DNA of 64,000 bases from an uncultured bacterium (GTDB taxonomy: Bacteria > Krumholzibacteriota > Krumholzibacteriia > WVZY01 > JAKEHA01): the NCBI GenBank assembly GCA_964588695.1, contig CAZPQK010000004.1, positions 85,129-149,128 on the forward strand, written 5' to 3'. The number at the start of each line of letters is the position of its first letter. Within the stretch, counting starts at the first letter, position 1. The notes under the pieces are model-generated. The model did no database searches. It was not told where the DNA came from and worked only from the letters and a program-made list of their open reading frames with translations. Below, piece by piece: positions 37,491-46,580 of this stretch. Made by a program: the position numbers and the translations under genes.

Positions 37491-38222
37491 ATGTCGCTGG
37501 TCTCTTTTCGCAATTGCTGTAAGTCTTATCCCGACGCCATCGCGCTAGACAACGTTTCTTTGGATATCGTGGACGGCGTCACCACCGCAGTTGTTGGGCG
37601 TAGCGGTAGCGGCAAGTCTACTTTACTACAGATGATCAACGGGCTGATTCGCCCCACACATGGAACCGTTGCCGTTTTTGGCAACAAGCTCGACTACAAC
37701 AACCTCACCAACCTGCGGCGTGCCATCGGATACGCCGTTCAGGGCGTCGGGTTGTTTCCCCACCTGAACGTCGAACGCAATATCAGCCTTCTTGCGCAAC
37801 TCGAAGGTTGGGACTCTACACGAATCACCCAACGCTTGGATGAACTGCTGTCGCTGGCAGAAATTCCACGCGGGTTTCGATCGCGCTACCCGCACGAGTT
37901 AAGCGGCGGCCAACAGCAACGCGTAGGCCTGTGTCGTGCACTTATGCTCGACCCCGACGTGCTGCTGCTCGACGAGGCCTTCGGAGCACTCGACGCCATT
38001 ACCAAGACCGACGTCTACACCGAGTTCCTGAACATGCAGTCACTTCGCCCCCGCACCACTGTCCTGGTAACCCATGACGCACGCGAGGCGGCGCGACTTG
38101 CGCAGCGAGTGATTGTGCTGGAGAAAGGCGCCGTTCTGCAGCACGACAAGTTCGGCGATGTAATGAGCAATCCGGCCAGTGACACGGTGACACGGCTCAT
38201 CCACAGGCAGCTGGAGTCGTAG
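37491..38222 (+). CDS. ABC transporter ATP-binding protein (osmoprotectant/glycine-betaine type)
   Basis: Walker A GRSGSGKST. ABC signature LSGGQQQRV. Walker B LLLDEAFGALD. Confidence 0.85.
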   Translation: MSLVSFRNCCKSYPDAIALDNVSLDIVDGVTTAVVGRSGSGKSTLLQMINGLIRPTHGTVAVFGNKLDYNNLTNLRRAIGYAVQGVGLFPHLNVERNISLLAQLEGWDSTRITQRLDELLSLAEIPRGFRSRYPHELSGGQQQRVGLCRALMLDPDVLLLDEAFGALDAITKTDVYTEFLNMQSLRPRTTVLVTHDAREAARLAQRVIVLEKGAVLQHDKFGDVMSNPASDTVTRLIHRQLES

Positions 38223-39694
38223 TGAAAACGTTGTTGCTTGCACTTGGTATCTGTCTGACTGCCGCCATGGTTGTGCACGCGCAAAGCGAACCTATTGTGG
38301 TCGGGTCAAAGAACTTCACCGAAGGCTACGTTCTTGCCGAGCTAGTTGCGCAAACTTTGGAAGCACATGGTATCCCGGTTGAACGGCGGTTCGGCCTGGG
38401 CGGAACGCTGGTTTGTTACGAAGCACTCACCACCGGTGAGATCGACGTTTACCCCGAATATTCCGGCACGTTGGAGCAAGCCATTCTAAAACTTCCGCGC
38501 TCGGTGGGCGTTGACTCGCTGCGCGTACTGCTTCGGAAAAGGCATCGACTGGACTTTGTGGCGTGGTTGGGATTCAACAACACATATGCCATCGCGCTAA
38601 AGTCCGACCTTGCTCGGAGTCGCGCATTGCGATCAATAAGCGATCTTGCCGGCCACCCGGACTTGCGCCTGGCGTTTAGTCACGAATTCAATCAGCGCGA
38701 GGATGGTTGGCCGGGGCTGAAACAACGGTACGCTTTGCCGCAGACACCGGCCGGAATCGAGCACGGGCTGGCTTACCAGGCCATCGAACAGAATAAGATT
38801 GATATCACCGACGTGTATTCGACCGACGGAGACATCGAAAAGTACGGCCTGGTAACGCTGGCTGACGACCGCAACTACTTTCCGCAGTACCTTGCCGGTG
38901 TAGCGATTCGCGCCGACCTGGCGCCGCGCGTGATCACCGCGTTGAATACTCTCGCGGGGAGTATCGACGAATCCACAATGATCGCGATGAACGCGGACGT
39001 CTTGCTCCGCGGAAAATCATTTGCTGAGGTGGCAAAGACTTTCCTGGCACAAACGCACAATGTCGAGACATCGGTCGCAAGCGAATCGCGCTGGCGGCAG
39101 CTCCGCCGTCGCACCATTCGCCACCTGTTGTTAACCGGTATCGCGTTGGCAATGTCCATTCTCATCGCGGTACCACTCGGCATCGTGGTCTATCGCGCGG
39201 GTAGGGGCGCGCAAGTAATCACGTATGTTGCGGGGGCAATGCAAACCATCCCGTCAATCGCGCTGCTCGCCTTCATGATCCCAATTTTGGGCATTGGCGT
39301 CGCGCCCGCAATTGCGGCGCTGTTCGTTTACGCGCTTCTCCCAATTTTGCGCAACACGACGACCGCGCTGCAAACCGTCGACCCAGTTGTACGGCGTGTT
39401 GCCGAGGGAATGGGACTGAGTGTGATTCAGCGTCTGCGCCATGTCGAGTTACCACTCGCGGCACCAACTATTCTGGCGGGGGTAAAGACCGCAGCTGTCA
39501 TTAACATTGGGACCGCTACGCTCGCGGCGTTTATTGGGGCCGGTGGTCTGGGAGAACCTATTGTGACCGGCCTGGCGCTTAACGATACCCGGCTGATTCT
39601 TGAGGGGGCGGTACCAGCGGCGGTACTAGCAATCGCGACCGAACTCTTGTTTGACGCCATCGAACGCGTAAGCATTCCGGCGCACTTGCGCTAG
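38222..39694 (+). CDS. fused ABC substrate-binding domain + permease (OpuAC/OpuBC-type glycine betaine/choline uptake)
   Basis: Signal peptide + OpuAC-family SBP (PIVVGSKNFTEGYVLAEL...). C-terminal TM permease domain with the EAA-like loop. Start overlaps the ATPase stop. Confidence 0.75.
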   Translation: MKTLLLALGICLTAAMVVHAQSEPIVVGSKNFTEGYVLAELVAQTLEAHGIPVERRFGLGGTLVCYEALTTGEIDVYPEYSGTLEQAILKLPRSVGVDSLRVLLRKRHRLDFVAWLGFNNTYAIALKSDLARSRALRSISDLAGHPDLRLAFSHEFNQREDGWPGLKQRYALPQTPAGIEHGLAYQAIEQNKIDITDVYSTDGDIEKYGLVTLADDRNYFPQYLAGVAIRADLAPRVITALNTLAGSIDESTMIAMNADVLLRGKSFAEVAKTFLAQTHNVETSVASESRWRQLRRRTIRHLLLTGIALAMSILIAVPLGIVVYRAGRGAQVITYVAGAMQTIPSIALLAFMIPILGIGVAPAIAALFVYALLPILRNTTTALQTVDPVVRRVAEGMGLSVIQRLRHVELPLAAPTILAGVKTAAVINIGTATLAAFIGAGGLGEPIVTGLALNDTRLILEGAVPAAVLAIATELLFDAIERVSIPAHLR

Positions 39695-39801
39695 CCGTGA
39701 TTGGCTTCCCGCCGGAGTCGCTTTTCTTTTCGAGCCAGCAACGCGACGTACACAATGAACGTTCCCCAAACAATTGCGTAGGCACTAAGTAACCAGGCCA
39801 T
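39691..39801 (-). CDS. ccmD: heme exporter protein D (CcmD), 36 aa, absent from the ORF track
   Basis: Manual translation gives MAWLLSAYAIVWGTFIVYVALLARKEKRLRREANHG, a single TM plus basic tail typical of CcmD. AGGAGG RBS 6 nt upstream. Lies directly downstream of ccmC. Confidence 0.7.
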   Translation of the reverse strand: MAWLLSAYAIVWGTFIVYVALLARKEKRLRREANHG

Positions 39802-39810
39802 ACTTTCCTC

Positions 39811-40503
39811 CTACTGCCCCTGGTCGAACCGAGACTGTTCGACTTGAATCTTAAGCCGACCTATGCGAGCGCGCCATCGAATCAACAATATCATCAACGC
39901 GCAGAAAGCAAAAAAACTTACGTACAACGTCGTCGCCATTCGCGGATCCAATCCCGATCCCTCGCCGCCCAGAATAACCGGCTGCGGATGCTGCGTGCGC
40001 CACCAGCGGATGGCAAAGTACACCAAAGGAACGTTCACGAAACCCAGAATTCCAACGACCGCCGACAATGTTGCCCGCTTTTCCGACTGATCGAGATAGT
40101 GACGCAACATCAGGTAACCCGCGTAGATTAACCACAGCACAAGGGTCAGGCTTAAGCGAGCATCCCAGGTCCACCACACGCCCCACACCGGCTTCGCCCA
40201 GATCGGCCCGGTGATTAGCACTAACGACGTGTAAATAACACCAACCTCGGCGGCCGCTTCCGCCCAGACATCGAACCCTTGCTTACGTGTTGCCAGGTAG
40301 AGAAAACTGCACAGGAATACAATAAAAAACCCCAGAAACGCGTTCCACGCGGTTGGCACGTGGTAGTAGAAAATCTTCTGAACGATTCCCATTTCGCGCT
40401 CAATCGGAGCGTAAGAAATAATCAGGTAGTGGGTTACCGCCATCAGCGCGATCGTAACCACGAGCAACGTGACGTCAGCGGGTGACATTCGTTTTGCGGA
40501 CAT
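39811..40503 (-). CDS. ccmC: heme exporter protein C (CcmC)
   Basis: WWD/tryptophan-rich motif WGVWWTWDARL and conserved His residues. Six TM helices. Confidence 0.9.
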   Translation of the reverse strand: MSAKRMSPADVTLLVVTIALMAVTHYLIISYAPIEREMGIVQKIFYYHVPTAWNAFLGFFIVFLCSFLYLATRKQGFDVWAEAAAEVGVIYTSLVLITGPIWAKPVWGVWWTWDARLSLTLVLWLIYAGYLMLRHYLDQSEKRATLSAVVGILGFVNVPLVYFAIRWWRTQHPQPVILGGEGSGLDPRMATTLYVSFFAFCALMILLIRWRARIGRLKIQVEQSRFDQGQ

Positions 40504-41168
40504 TATTCCTCCAGAACGTATCCGAAGATCAGAAACGACGTAACCAGACCGATCACATCATAAACAATCAACAACCGCCACCAAAAGGTGGCGTCGCTTG
40601 CGGCACCCGCGGCATCGGCGGTGGTTTGTACCGCCGCGATTAACGCTGGTAGCACGGCCGGCAAGAGCAGCACTGGTAGTAGCAGTTCCCGCATCCGCGT
40701 TTGAAACGCTACCGCCGCGAACACCGTTCCCACCGAAGAGAATGCCACCGCGCCCAACAAGAATGACGCCGCCAACTTCAGCCATCCGTCAACAAACGAC
40801 ACGTCAAAGAACACGACGAACAAAGGAAGTAAGAACAACTGTGCAAGCAGCATACTGACGACGCTGGCCGCAAACTTTCCCAAGAAAACTCCACCGCGAT
40901 CGACGGGCGCCATGACCAGACCGCGTGAACACCCGTTGGCAAGTTCAAGCGCCGAGCTTCGGTTAAGCGACAACGTTCCGCCAAATGCAAAGGCCACCCA
41001 GAAGAATGCTGGCGCAAGCCGTCGCGCGTCGGCGGTAGAGACATCCAATGTAAAGTTAAAGATGGTCAACACCATCGCGCAAAACACAAACGAACCGGCG
41101 AGCGCTTCTTTGGTACGCAGTTCGATGCGCAGGTCTTTCCACAACACTGCCCTGGCGGTGGACAACAC
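40503..41168 (-). CDS. ccmB: heme exporter protein B (CcmB)
   Basis: Six-TM ABC-2-type permease with CcmB-like N-terminus (LWKDLRIELRTKEAL). Lies between ccmA and ccmC. Confidence 0.85.
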   Translation of the reverse strand: MLSTARAVLWKDLRIELRTKEALAGSFVFCAMVLTIFNFTLDVSTADARRLAPAFFWVAFAFGGTLSLNRSSALELANGCSRGLVMAPVDRGGVFLGKFAASVVSMLLAQLFLLPLFVVFFDVSFVDGWLKLAASFLLGAVAFSSVGTVFAAVAFQTRMRELLLPVLLLPAVLPALIAAVQTTADAAGAASDATFWWRLLIVYDVIGLVTSFLIFGYVLEE

Positions 41169-41872
41169 TAGCGAATCTCCTCGCCGCGATACAGACGTCG
41201 CACTTCGGAAACAGCAACTCCGTCGGCGAACGCCCCGGCCACACTGCCTCGGTTCAACACCACTACGTGGTCGGCCATTTGCACGCCACGTTCCACCTGA
41301 TGGGTTGCAACAATGGCCGTCCCTCCGTCTGCCGTGTGCTCAACCAGAAGGCTCAACAAAACATCAATTGCAGATTCATCAAGACCGGAGAACGGTTCGT
41401 CGAGTAGCAATACTTTTGGTTGATGCAGCAGCGCGCGAGCGATACTTACTCGCTGTTTCATGCCGCGGCTAAGCGAACGAACCGGCTTGCTGGCGTGGTC
41501 AATCATTCCGACACGCGCAAGCAGCACCTCAATCTGGTTGGCGTCGCGGACGCGATACAACCGGGAGTAGAAGCGCAGGTTCTCGCGACCCGACAGATCA
41601 TCGTACAGAAGGCTATCGTGTCCCACATAACCAACCACCGCCCGGTCACTGTCGTCGCGCTTGCGAACGTCCAGCCCGGCGATGGTTACGGTGCCGGTAA
41701 AAGAGGCCGTTACGCCGGAGATTATGTTGAGGAGTGTGCTCTTGCCGGCACCGTTGGCGCCAAAGAGGACTGTGGTTTGTCCGGCCGAGGCCGTCAGCGA
41801 AACGTCGCGTAGGGCGGTTACCGGACCAAATCGCTTGCTAACGTTGTCGGCTTGAACCGTGGCTTGTGCCAA
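41168..41872 (-). CDS. ccmA: heme ABC exporter ATP-binding protein CcmA
   Basis: Walker A GANGAGKSTLL. Signature LSRGMKQRV. Walker B LLLDEPFSGLD. Confidence 0.85.
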   Translation of the reverse strand: MAQATVQADNVSKRFGPVTALRDVSLTASAGQTTVLFGANGAGKSTLLNIISGVTASFTGTVTIAGLDVRKRDDSDRAVVGYVGHDSLLYDDLSGRENLRFYSRLYRVRDANQIEVLLARVGMIDHASKPVRSLSRGMKQRVSIARALLHQPKVLLLDEPFSGLDESAIDVLLSLLVEHTADGGTAIVATHQVERGVQMADHVVVLNRGSVAGAFADGVAVSEVRRLYRGEEIR

Positions 41873-41886
41873 CGTCGCCCCCGAGA

Positions 41887-43143
41887 TTAGCGACCCGTTC
41901 CCGACGGATTCGTGCCGGTCGCTTCGTGGTTGGAACTGGTCGTTGTGTCGCCTGCGTCCGCCGAGCCCTCACCTCGGTTTGCCTCGGCGAGCTGTTGCAG
42001 CACCACCGCAAGTTGGGCCTTGGTATCGGCGCGTTGGGCACGATAGACGTCGTTACTAACCACGCCGGTGTCAGACAGGCTGTCGAGTGTGACCAGCCGA
42101 TTGAGCAATCGCTCGCGGTGCCTGGTTAGCGACGCCAACCGTTCGCTCGCCGGCGTCGGCGTTTTCACAACCATAAAAACAAAACCCAGAAGCACAAACA
42201 ACAACGCCGCCATCGCGATCAAAGACACGTTGTTTGACGGGTCGGGAATCAGCACCACACTGTGGCCTTCTCCGTGTTCGGTGCCCGGCGAAGCCGCCAG
42301 TTGCTTGCTTCCACCAGTAAATGTAACGGCGAACTCGGTGCCCGCCGCGATGTCACTAGCGGTGTGCCCAACCATACCGTGAGCGCCCTCCGCCTGTCCG
42401 AACATGTCCGTCGGCGCAAACTCCAACGCCATGTCGGGGTCAACCTGAAACACGGTTAGTTTCTTGATCGGGTATAGTGCAGTTTCGGTCAACGTAATGG
42501 CATCGCCGGTGTACGGAACCACGTACGAAATCCCAATACGCGTCATCCCCGGACGCAGCGGATAGTCGACGCGATAAACATTGGCTTGCTCGGTGGGAAT
42601 AGCCGACCGCTCAATGGGAACACCCAAGGATGAAACAAACACGCCAGTGACTTCTTCCATTTGCGCGGGCAAGTGAAAGCGAAAGTTTCCAGCCTCGCCG
42701 GCCACCGTGACCGGTGGCTCGGTTACGTTGATCACTTCGTGCACGCGCATTAGGACCAGGTGGTCGCCTTCGCGTCGCGCGCTGTATTGTGGAACCGAGA
42801 TTTCCAGCCCATCGGTCGATGTCGTTTGTTCGTAGATCGTAAGCGTAACGTCGACCTGTGGCTTCTGTTCGTAGCGCACCGGCGTTGTATAGGTAACGCC
42901 TTCGTAATCGACGCGGAGCAAGTAGATGGTGGTGGCTTCGCTCAGGCCCTCAACCGTAAAACGACCATCGACAATGTCGAACGTTTGCTCGGTCGCCATG
43001 CCGCCGGCAGGGTTCACCAACACGCCGGTCATTTGCGCTGGCACAACTCCGTTAGTGCCGTTTTCGACGGTCCCATCCAGGGTGTAGGCGCTCGCCGAGG
43101 CTGCGCTGAGCAGAAGGAATATCGCGATCAAAAAGCGGCGCAT
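41887..43143 (-). CDS. hypothetical bitopic protein encoded inside the ccm operon (periplasmic about 300 aa domain, C-terminal TM and coiled-coil tail)
   Basis: Signal peptide MRRFLIAIFLLLSAASASA. TM LIAMAALLFVLLGFVFMVV near the C-terminus. No CxxC or TPR motif seen. Position between ccmH-region and ccmA. Confidence 0.4.
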   Translation of the reverse strand: MRRFLIAIFLLLSAASASAYTLDGTVENGTNGVVPAQMTGVLVNPAGGMATEQTFDIVDGRFTVEGLSEATTIYLLRVDYEGVTYTTPVRYEQKPQVDVTLTIYEQTTSTDGLEISVPQYSARREGDHLVLMRVHEVINVTEPPVTVAGEAGNFRFHLPAQMEEVTGVFVSSLGVPIERSAIPTEQANVYRVDYPLRPGMTRIGISYVVPYTGDAITLTETALYPIKKLTVFQVDPDMALEFAPTDMFGQAEGAHGMVGHTASDIAAGTEFAVTFTGGSKQLAASPGTEHGEGHSVVLIPDPSNNVSLIAMAALLFVLLGFVFMVVKTPTPASERLASLTRHRERLLNRLVTLDSLSDTGVVSNDVYRAQRADTKAQLAVVLQQLAEANRGEGSADAGDTTTSSNHEATGTNPSGTGR

Positions 43144-43145
43144 GC

Positions 43146-43493
43146 CTAGCCTTTGCGGCGAGCCTTTACTTCGGCTTCGATGAGTTGTTCGATATCACGA
43201 CGCACTTCGGCGGCATCGATTTCGGAGGTTAGTTCGGCCGCTTCTGCCAGCAGACCGTTTCGTAGTTTTTGATGGTCTTCCACCGACAACTTGCCCAAGT
43301 CAAACTCGTTGTCCAGATCTCGAATATTGTCATAGACCAGATTCTTTTTCGACCGCAGATGAAACAAGGTCTTCTGGTCGCCCGATGCCAACGCGTCTTC
43401 CAGGTAGTACATGTCGCGATTGCTCGACATCAATGGGTACGCGACATAGGCAAGCGCTAGAGTCGAAAGTATTCCTACAACAATTAGTTCCAT
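43146..43493 (-). CDS. small single-TM coiled-coil protein in the ccm operon
   Basis: MELIVVGILSTLALAYVAYPLM TM followed by a charged helical tail. The ATG lies 1 nt after the ccmH stop. Confidence 0.4.
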   Translation of the reverse strand: MELIVVGILSTLALAYVAYPLMSSNRDMYYLEDALASGDQKTLFHLRSKKNLVYDNIRDLDNEFDLGKLSVEDHQKLRNGLLAEAAELTSEIDAAEVRRDIEQLIEAEVKARRKG

Positions 43494-43494
43494 A

Positions 43495-44004
43495 TTAATC
43501 CTCGCGTGCGGCCAACTCGGCTTCCAGCCGCTGGCGCATGCCATCATCTACCGCGTCGGCATCCGCGCCGGGAACAATTTCGACCGCTTTGCGTCTACGA
43601 ATGAAACTTCCCACGTAATACGCCACCAAAAAAACACCGACAATCAGTGCGAAGCCGGGCATCACCCACGCGGCCAGGTTAAACCCATCTACCGGCGGCG
43701 ACGATAAAATTACCTCTCCGTACTCCGCGACGAAACCCGCGATGATCGAATCGGCCGGCGCGCCCGCGATAATCTGCTTTTCGATTTCGCGGCGCAGTGG
43801 GATGGCGGACGGGCAGTTTTCATGGTTGCAAACGCGGAGAATCATCTGACAGCCGCATTGGCAAACCAGCGCGTCAGATATTTCGTTGAACAAAACTGCT
43901 TGCTCGCCTTCCAGCACCATCGACTTGGCCGACTGCGCGGAAGTTTCTGACGCCACCGTCGTCAGCGCGACAAGAACAGTAAATACAACTACAAACGTTC
44001 TCAC
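43495..44004 (-). CDS. ccmH: cytochrome c-type biogenesis protein CcmH-like (variant CxxC motif)
   Basis: Signal peptide VRTFVVVFTVLVALTTVA. LVCQCGCQM...CNHENC in place of the canonical LRCPVC. C-terminal TM. Proposed GTG start immediately after the ccmF stop. Confidence 0.5.
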   Translation of the reverse strand: MRTFVVVFTVLVALTTVASETSAQSAKSMVLEGEQAVLFNEISDALVCQCGCQMILRVCNHENCPSAIPLRREIEKQIIAGAPADSIIAGFVAEYGEVILSSPPVDGFNLAAWVMPGFALIVGVFLVAYYVGSFIRRRKAVEIVPGADADAVDDGMRQRLEAELAARED

Positions 44005-46031
44005 ACGCGCTCCGCTGTTTTTAGCAGTTGCTCGATGGTCTTTTCTTGCTTGCGGATTCGAGACTCGCGACGATTCGGAAGCACCGTAACAATGGTGCCA
44101 GCAGCCAGAACAATCCCGCCGATCCAAACCCACATCACCAGCGGGTTAATCCACACTTGAAAGATCCCTTTGCCGTCGTCTTCGTTGACGCCCGAGAAAA
44201 CCAGATAGACGTCTTCCTTTAACGTGTTATGAATGCGAACTTCGCTGGTGGTTTGCTCACTAGCGGGATAGAAACGCTTCTCGGGCGCCAGCGTAGTGAC
44301 TTCCTTGCCGTCACGCAACACCGCTACCGTGGCCATTAATCCCGCGTAATTGTTGGTTCCAGACTCTTCGATGCTATTGCAAACAAACTCGTAACCACCC
44401 ACGGTAAAGCGCTCTCCCGGGCTGGCTTCGCCCCATCCTTCGCTGGTAAACGCTTTACCCGTGAAGCCAACAATGAGCATGACAAAACCCAGATGGACAA
44501 TGTAGCCGCCGTATCGCCGCTTATTAATGGCGACGATGTTAAAGAGCGCAGTTGCGATGTTCTCGCTTGTGTTCTTAACCCGTGCCCGAATAGCACGCGT
44601 GTATTCCGAAAGCAGCGTTGCCGTGACAAAGCCGACCAGCGAAAAAGACACCAGCGCATAAAAGTCACGAATACCGCCGACCAGGCAACCCACCAGCGTT
44701 GCGATTCCTGTCAACGTTGGCCAGAAGAAAATCTTTGCCATACTGCTTAACGAAGTCTTGCGCCAGGCCAAAAGCGGACCGACGCCAGTAAGAAACAGCA
44801 TGAACAAGCCGATCGGAACATTAATCTTATTAAAGTAGGGCGCGCCGACAGTCACCTGGCGACCTTGAATCAACTCGGAGATAACCGGAAAGATTGTCCC
44901 CCACAGCACAGCGAAGCACGAAGCCAACAGGATCAAGTTCTGAAACAGAAAACTGGCTTCGCGCGATGCGTACGAATCGAGCTCATTGTCGCTGCGCAGG
45001 AATTTTAGACGCGTAAACAGCAAGTACAAACAAAACGCGCCCATCAGAGAAAGGAACACGACAAAGTACGTTCCAATCGAAGACTGCGCGAACGAGTGGA
45101 CCGACGACACGATTCCACTTCGAGTAAGAAACGTACCGAAGATGCTTAGTAGATAGGTGCTTAGAATCAGCACAACGTTCCACACTTTAAGCATGTTCTT
45201 GCGTTCCTGGACAATAACGCTGTGCAAGAACGCGGTACCGGTTAGCCAGGGAAGCAGCGAAGCATTCTCGACCGGATCCCACGCCCAGTAACCGCCCCAT
45301 CCCAACTCAACGTACGCCCACTTGCCGCCTAACAAAATTCCGGTTCCTAGAAACAGCCACGCCCACAACGTCCAACGCCGGGTAATCTTGATCCACGTGT
45401 TACCCAACTCGCGTGCCATAAGGGCCGCCATGCAAAACGAAAACGGCACGACGAAACCGATGTAACCCAGGTACAACATTGGCGGGTGAATTACCATGGC
45501 CGGGTGCTGTAGCAGTGGATTAAGTCCGCGCCCGTCCTGCGGTGCAAATGGTTGGGCCGCGTCACCGCTGCCAATTGCGAGAATCTCAAACGGGTTAGCC
45601 GCGAAGCGGTTAAGGATTAAAAAGAAGGCGGATGTAATACTGATAATCGCCAGCGTATAGGGCACTAGCTTTCCGGGCATTCGCCGGTTATAAAACGCAG
45701 TCAGCGCACCGTACAGCGTCAGGATCCACGACCAAAACAGAAGTGACCCCTTCTGGCCGCCCCACAACGCTGCCACCTTGTAGAACAACGGCAAATCGCG
45801 GTTGCTGTAGCTGGAAACATACTCGACCGAAAAGTCACTGCGAATGAGCAGAATAGAAAGCGCAACGGTCGCCAATGTGACGAACGCGAAAATCATGTAG
45901 ACGGAGTTGATTCCGCTTTTGACAAGTTCGCGGCGCCCGGTTCTGGCGCCGTAGAAAAGCGAAAAGATGGCGTAGACGGTAAACGCTAACGCCATCGTTA
46001 CAGACAGGTTACCGATGCTGGTAAATTGCAT
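44001..46031 (-). CDS. ccmF: cytochrome c-type biogenesis protein CcmF (heme lyase subunit)
   Basis: About 15 TM helices. WWD domain WAYVELGWGGYWAWDPVENASLLPWL. 676 aa. Confidence 0.9.
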   Translation of the reverse strand: MQFTSIGNLSVTMALAFTVYAIFSLFYGARTGRRELVKSGINSVYMIFAFVTLATVALSILLIRSDFSVEYVSSYSNRDLPLFYKVAALWGGQKGSLLFWSWILTLYGALTAFYNRRMPGKLVPYTLAIISITSAFFLILNRFAANPFEILAIGSGDAAQPFAPQDGRGLNPLLQHPAMVIHPPMLYLGYIGFVVPFSFCMAALMARELGNTWIKITRRWTLWAWLFLGTGILLGGKWAYVELGWGGYWAWDPVENASLLPWLTGTAFLHSVIVQERKNMLKVWNVVLILSTYLLSIFGTFLTRSGIVSSVHSFAQSSIGTYFVVFLSLMGAFCLYLLFTRLKFLRSDNELDSYASREASFLFQNLILLASCFAVLWGTIFPVISELIQGRQVTVGAPYFNKINVPIGLFMLFLTGVGPLLAWRKTSLSSMAKIFFWPTLTGIATLVGCLVGGIRDFYALVSFSLVGFVTATLLSEYTRAIRARVKNTSENIATALFNIVAINKRRYGGYIVHLGFVMLIVGFTGKAFTSEGWGEASPGERFTVGGYEFVCNSIEESGTNNYAGLMATVAVLRDGKEVTTLAPEKRFYPASEQTTSEVRIHNTLKEDVYLVFSGVNEDDGKGIFQVWINPLVMWVWIGGIVLAAGTIVTVLPNRRESRIRKQEKTIEQLLKTAERV

Positions 46032-46050
46032 TGCCTGGCCCTAGGAAAGC

Positions 46051-46476
46051 TTAATAGTCAGATGATTCGGCGGACTCGTATTCGGCTTCGTACTTGGACG
46101 CACACTTGGCTTGAATGTGGTCGGCTTCGAAGACACCGTCGGGACGACGGTACCCTTCAACCACCGCATCAACGCCATCTTTAAATGTGTCGGGAACCGG
46201 CCCCGACCCGGTGTAGTGAACTTTAAGTGAGTGACCGTCCTGCCCAAGTTCAAAGGTGACTTCGGTACCATCACGGACGATAGTGCCTTCGCGAACAAAA
46301 CCAGCAACCCGAAGCCGTTCCTGTTGAGAGGATGCGGGTAGCGCGTCAAACTCTTCGAGCGTGGTGTAGTACGCCTTGCCTTCCTGATAACCAGAAACGG
46401 CCAGGAATCCAAGCGCCGCAATTACGACGGCGATCCCAACTGTAAAACGAACTTTTTTGGCTGCCACGAATCTCAC
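46051..46476 (-). CDS. ccmE: cytochrome c-type biogenesis heme chaperone CcmE, CxxxY variant (Cys replaces the canonical heme-binding His)
   Basis: N-terminal TM anchor and OB-fold core (RVAGFVREGTI...FELGQDGHSLKVHYTGSGPVPDTFKDG). DHIQAKCASKYE aligns with E. coli LAKHDENY. GTG start with GAGGTGAG RBS. Confidence 0.8.
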   Translation of the reverse strand: MRFVAAKKVRFTVGIAVVIAALGFLAVSGYQEGKAYYTTLEEFDALPASSQQERLRVAGFVREGTIVRDGTEVTFELGQDGHSLKVHYTGSGPVPDTFKDGVDAVVEGYRRPDGVFEADHIQAKCASKYEAEYESAESSDY

Positions 46477-46580
46477 CTCATAACGTTAAACGGGCTGGCC
46501 CCTTCAATATACCTTAGCCCGCTAGGCCGGTGAACGAAAATCGGGGTCCAAAGCGGTGGTCGCACGACCCGTGCCCAGAC

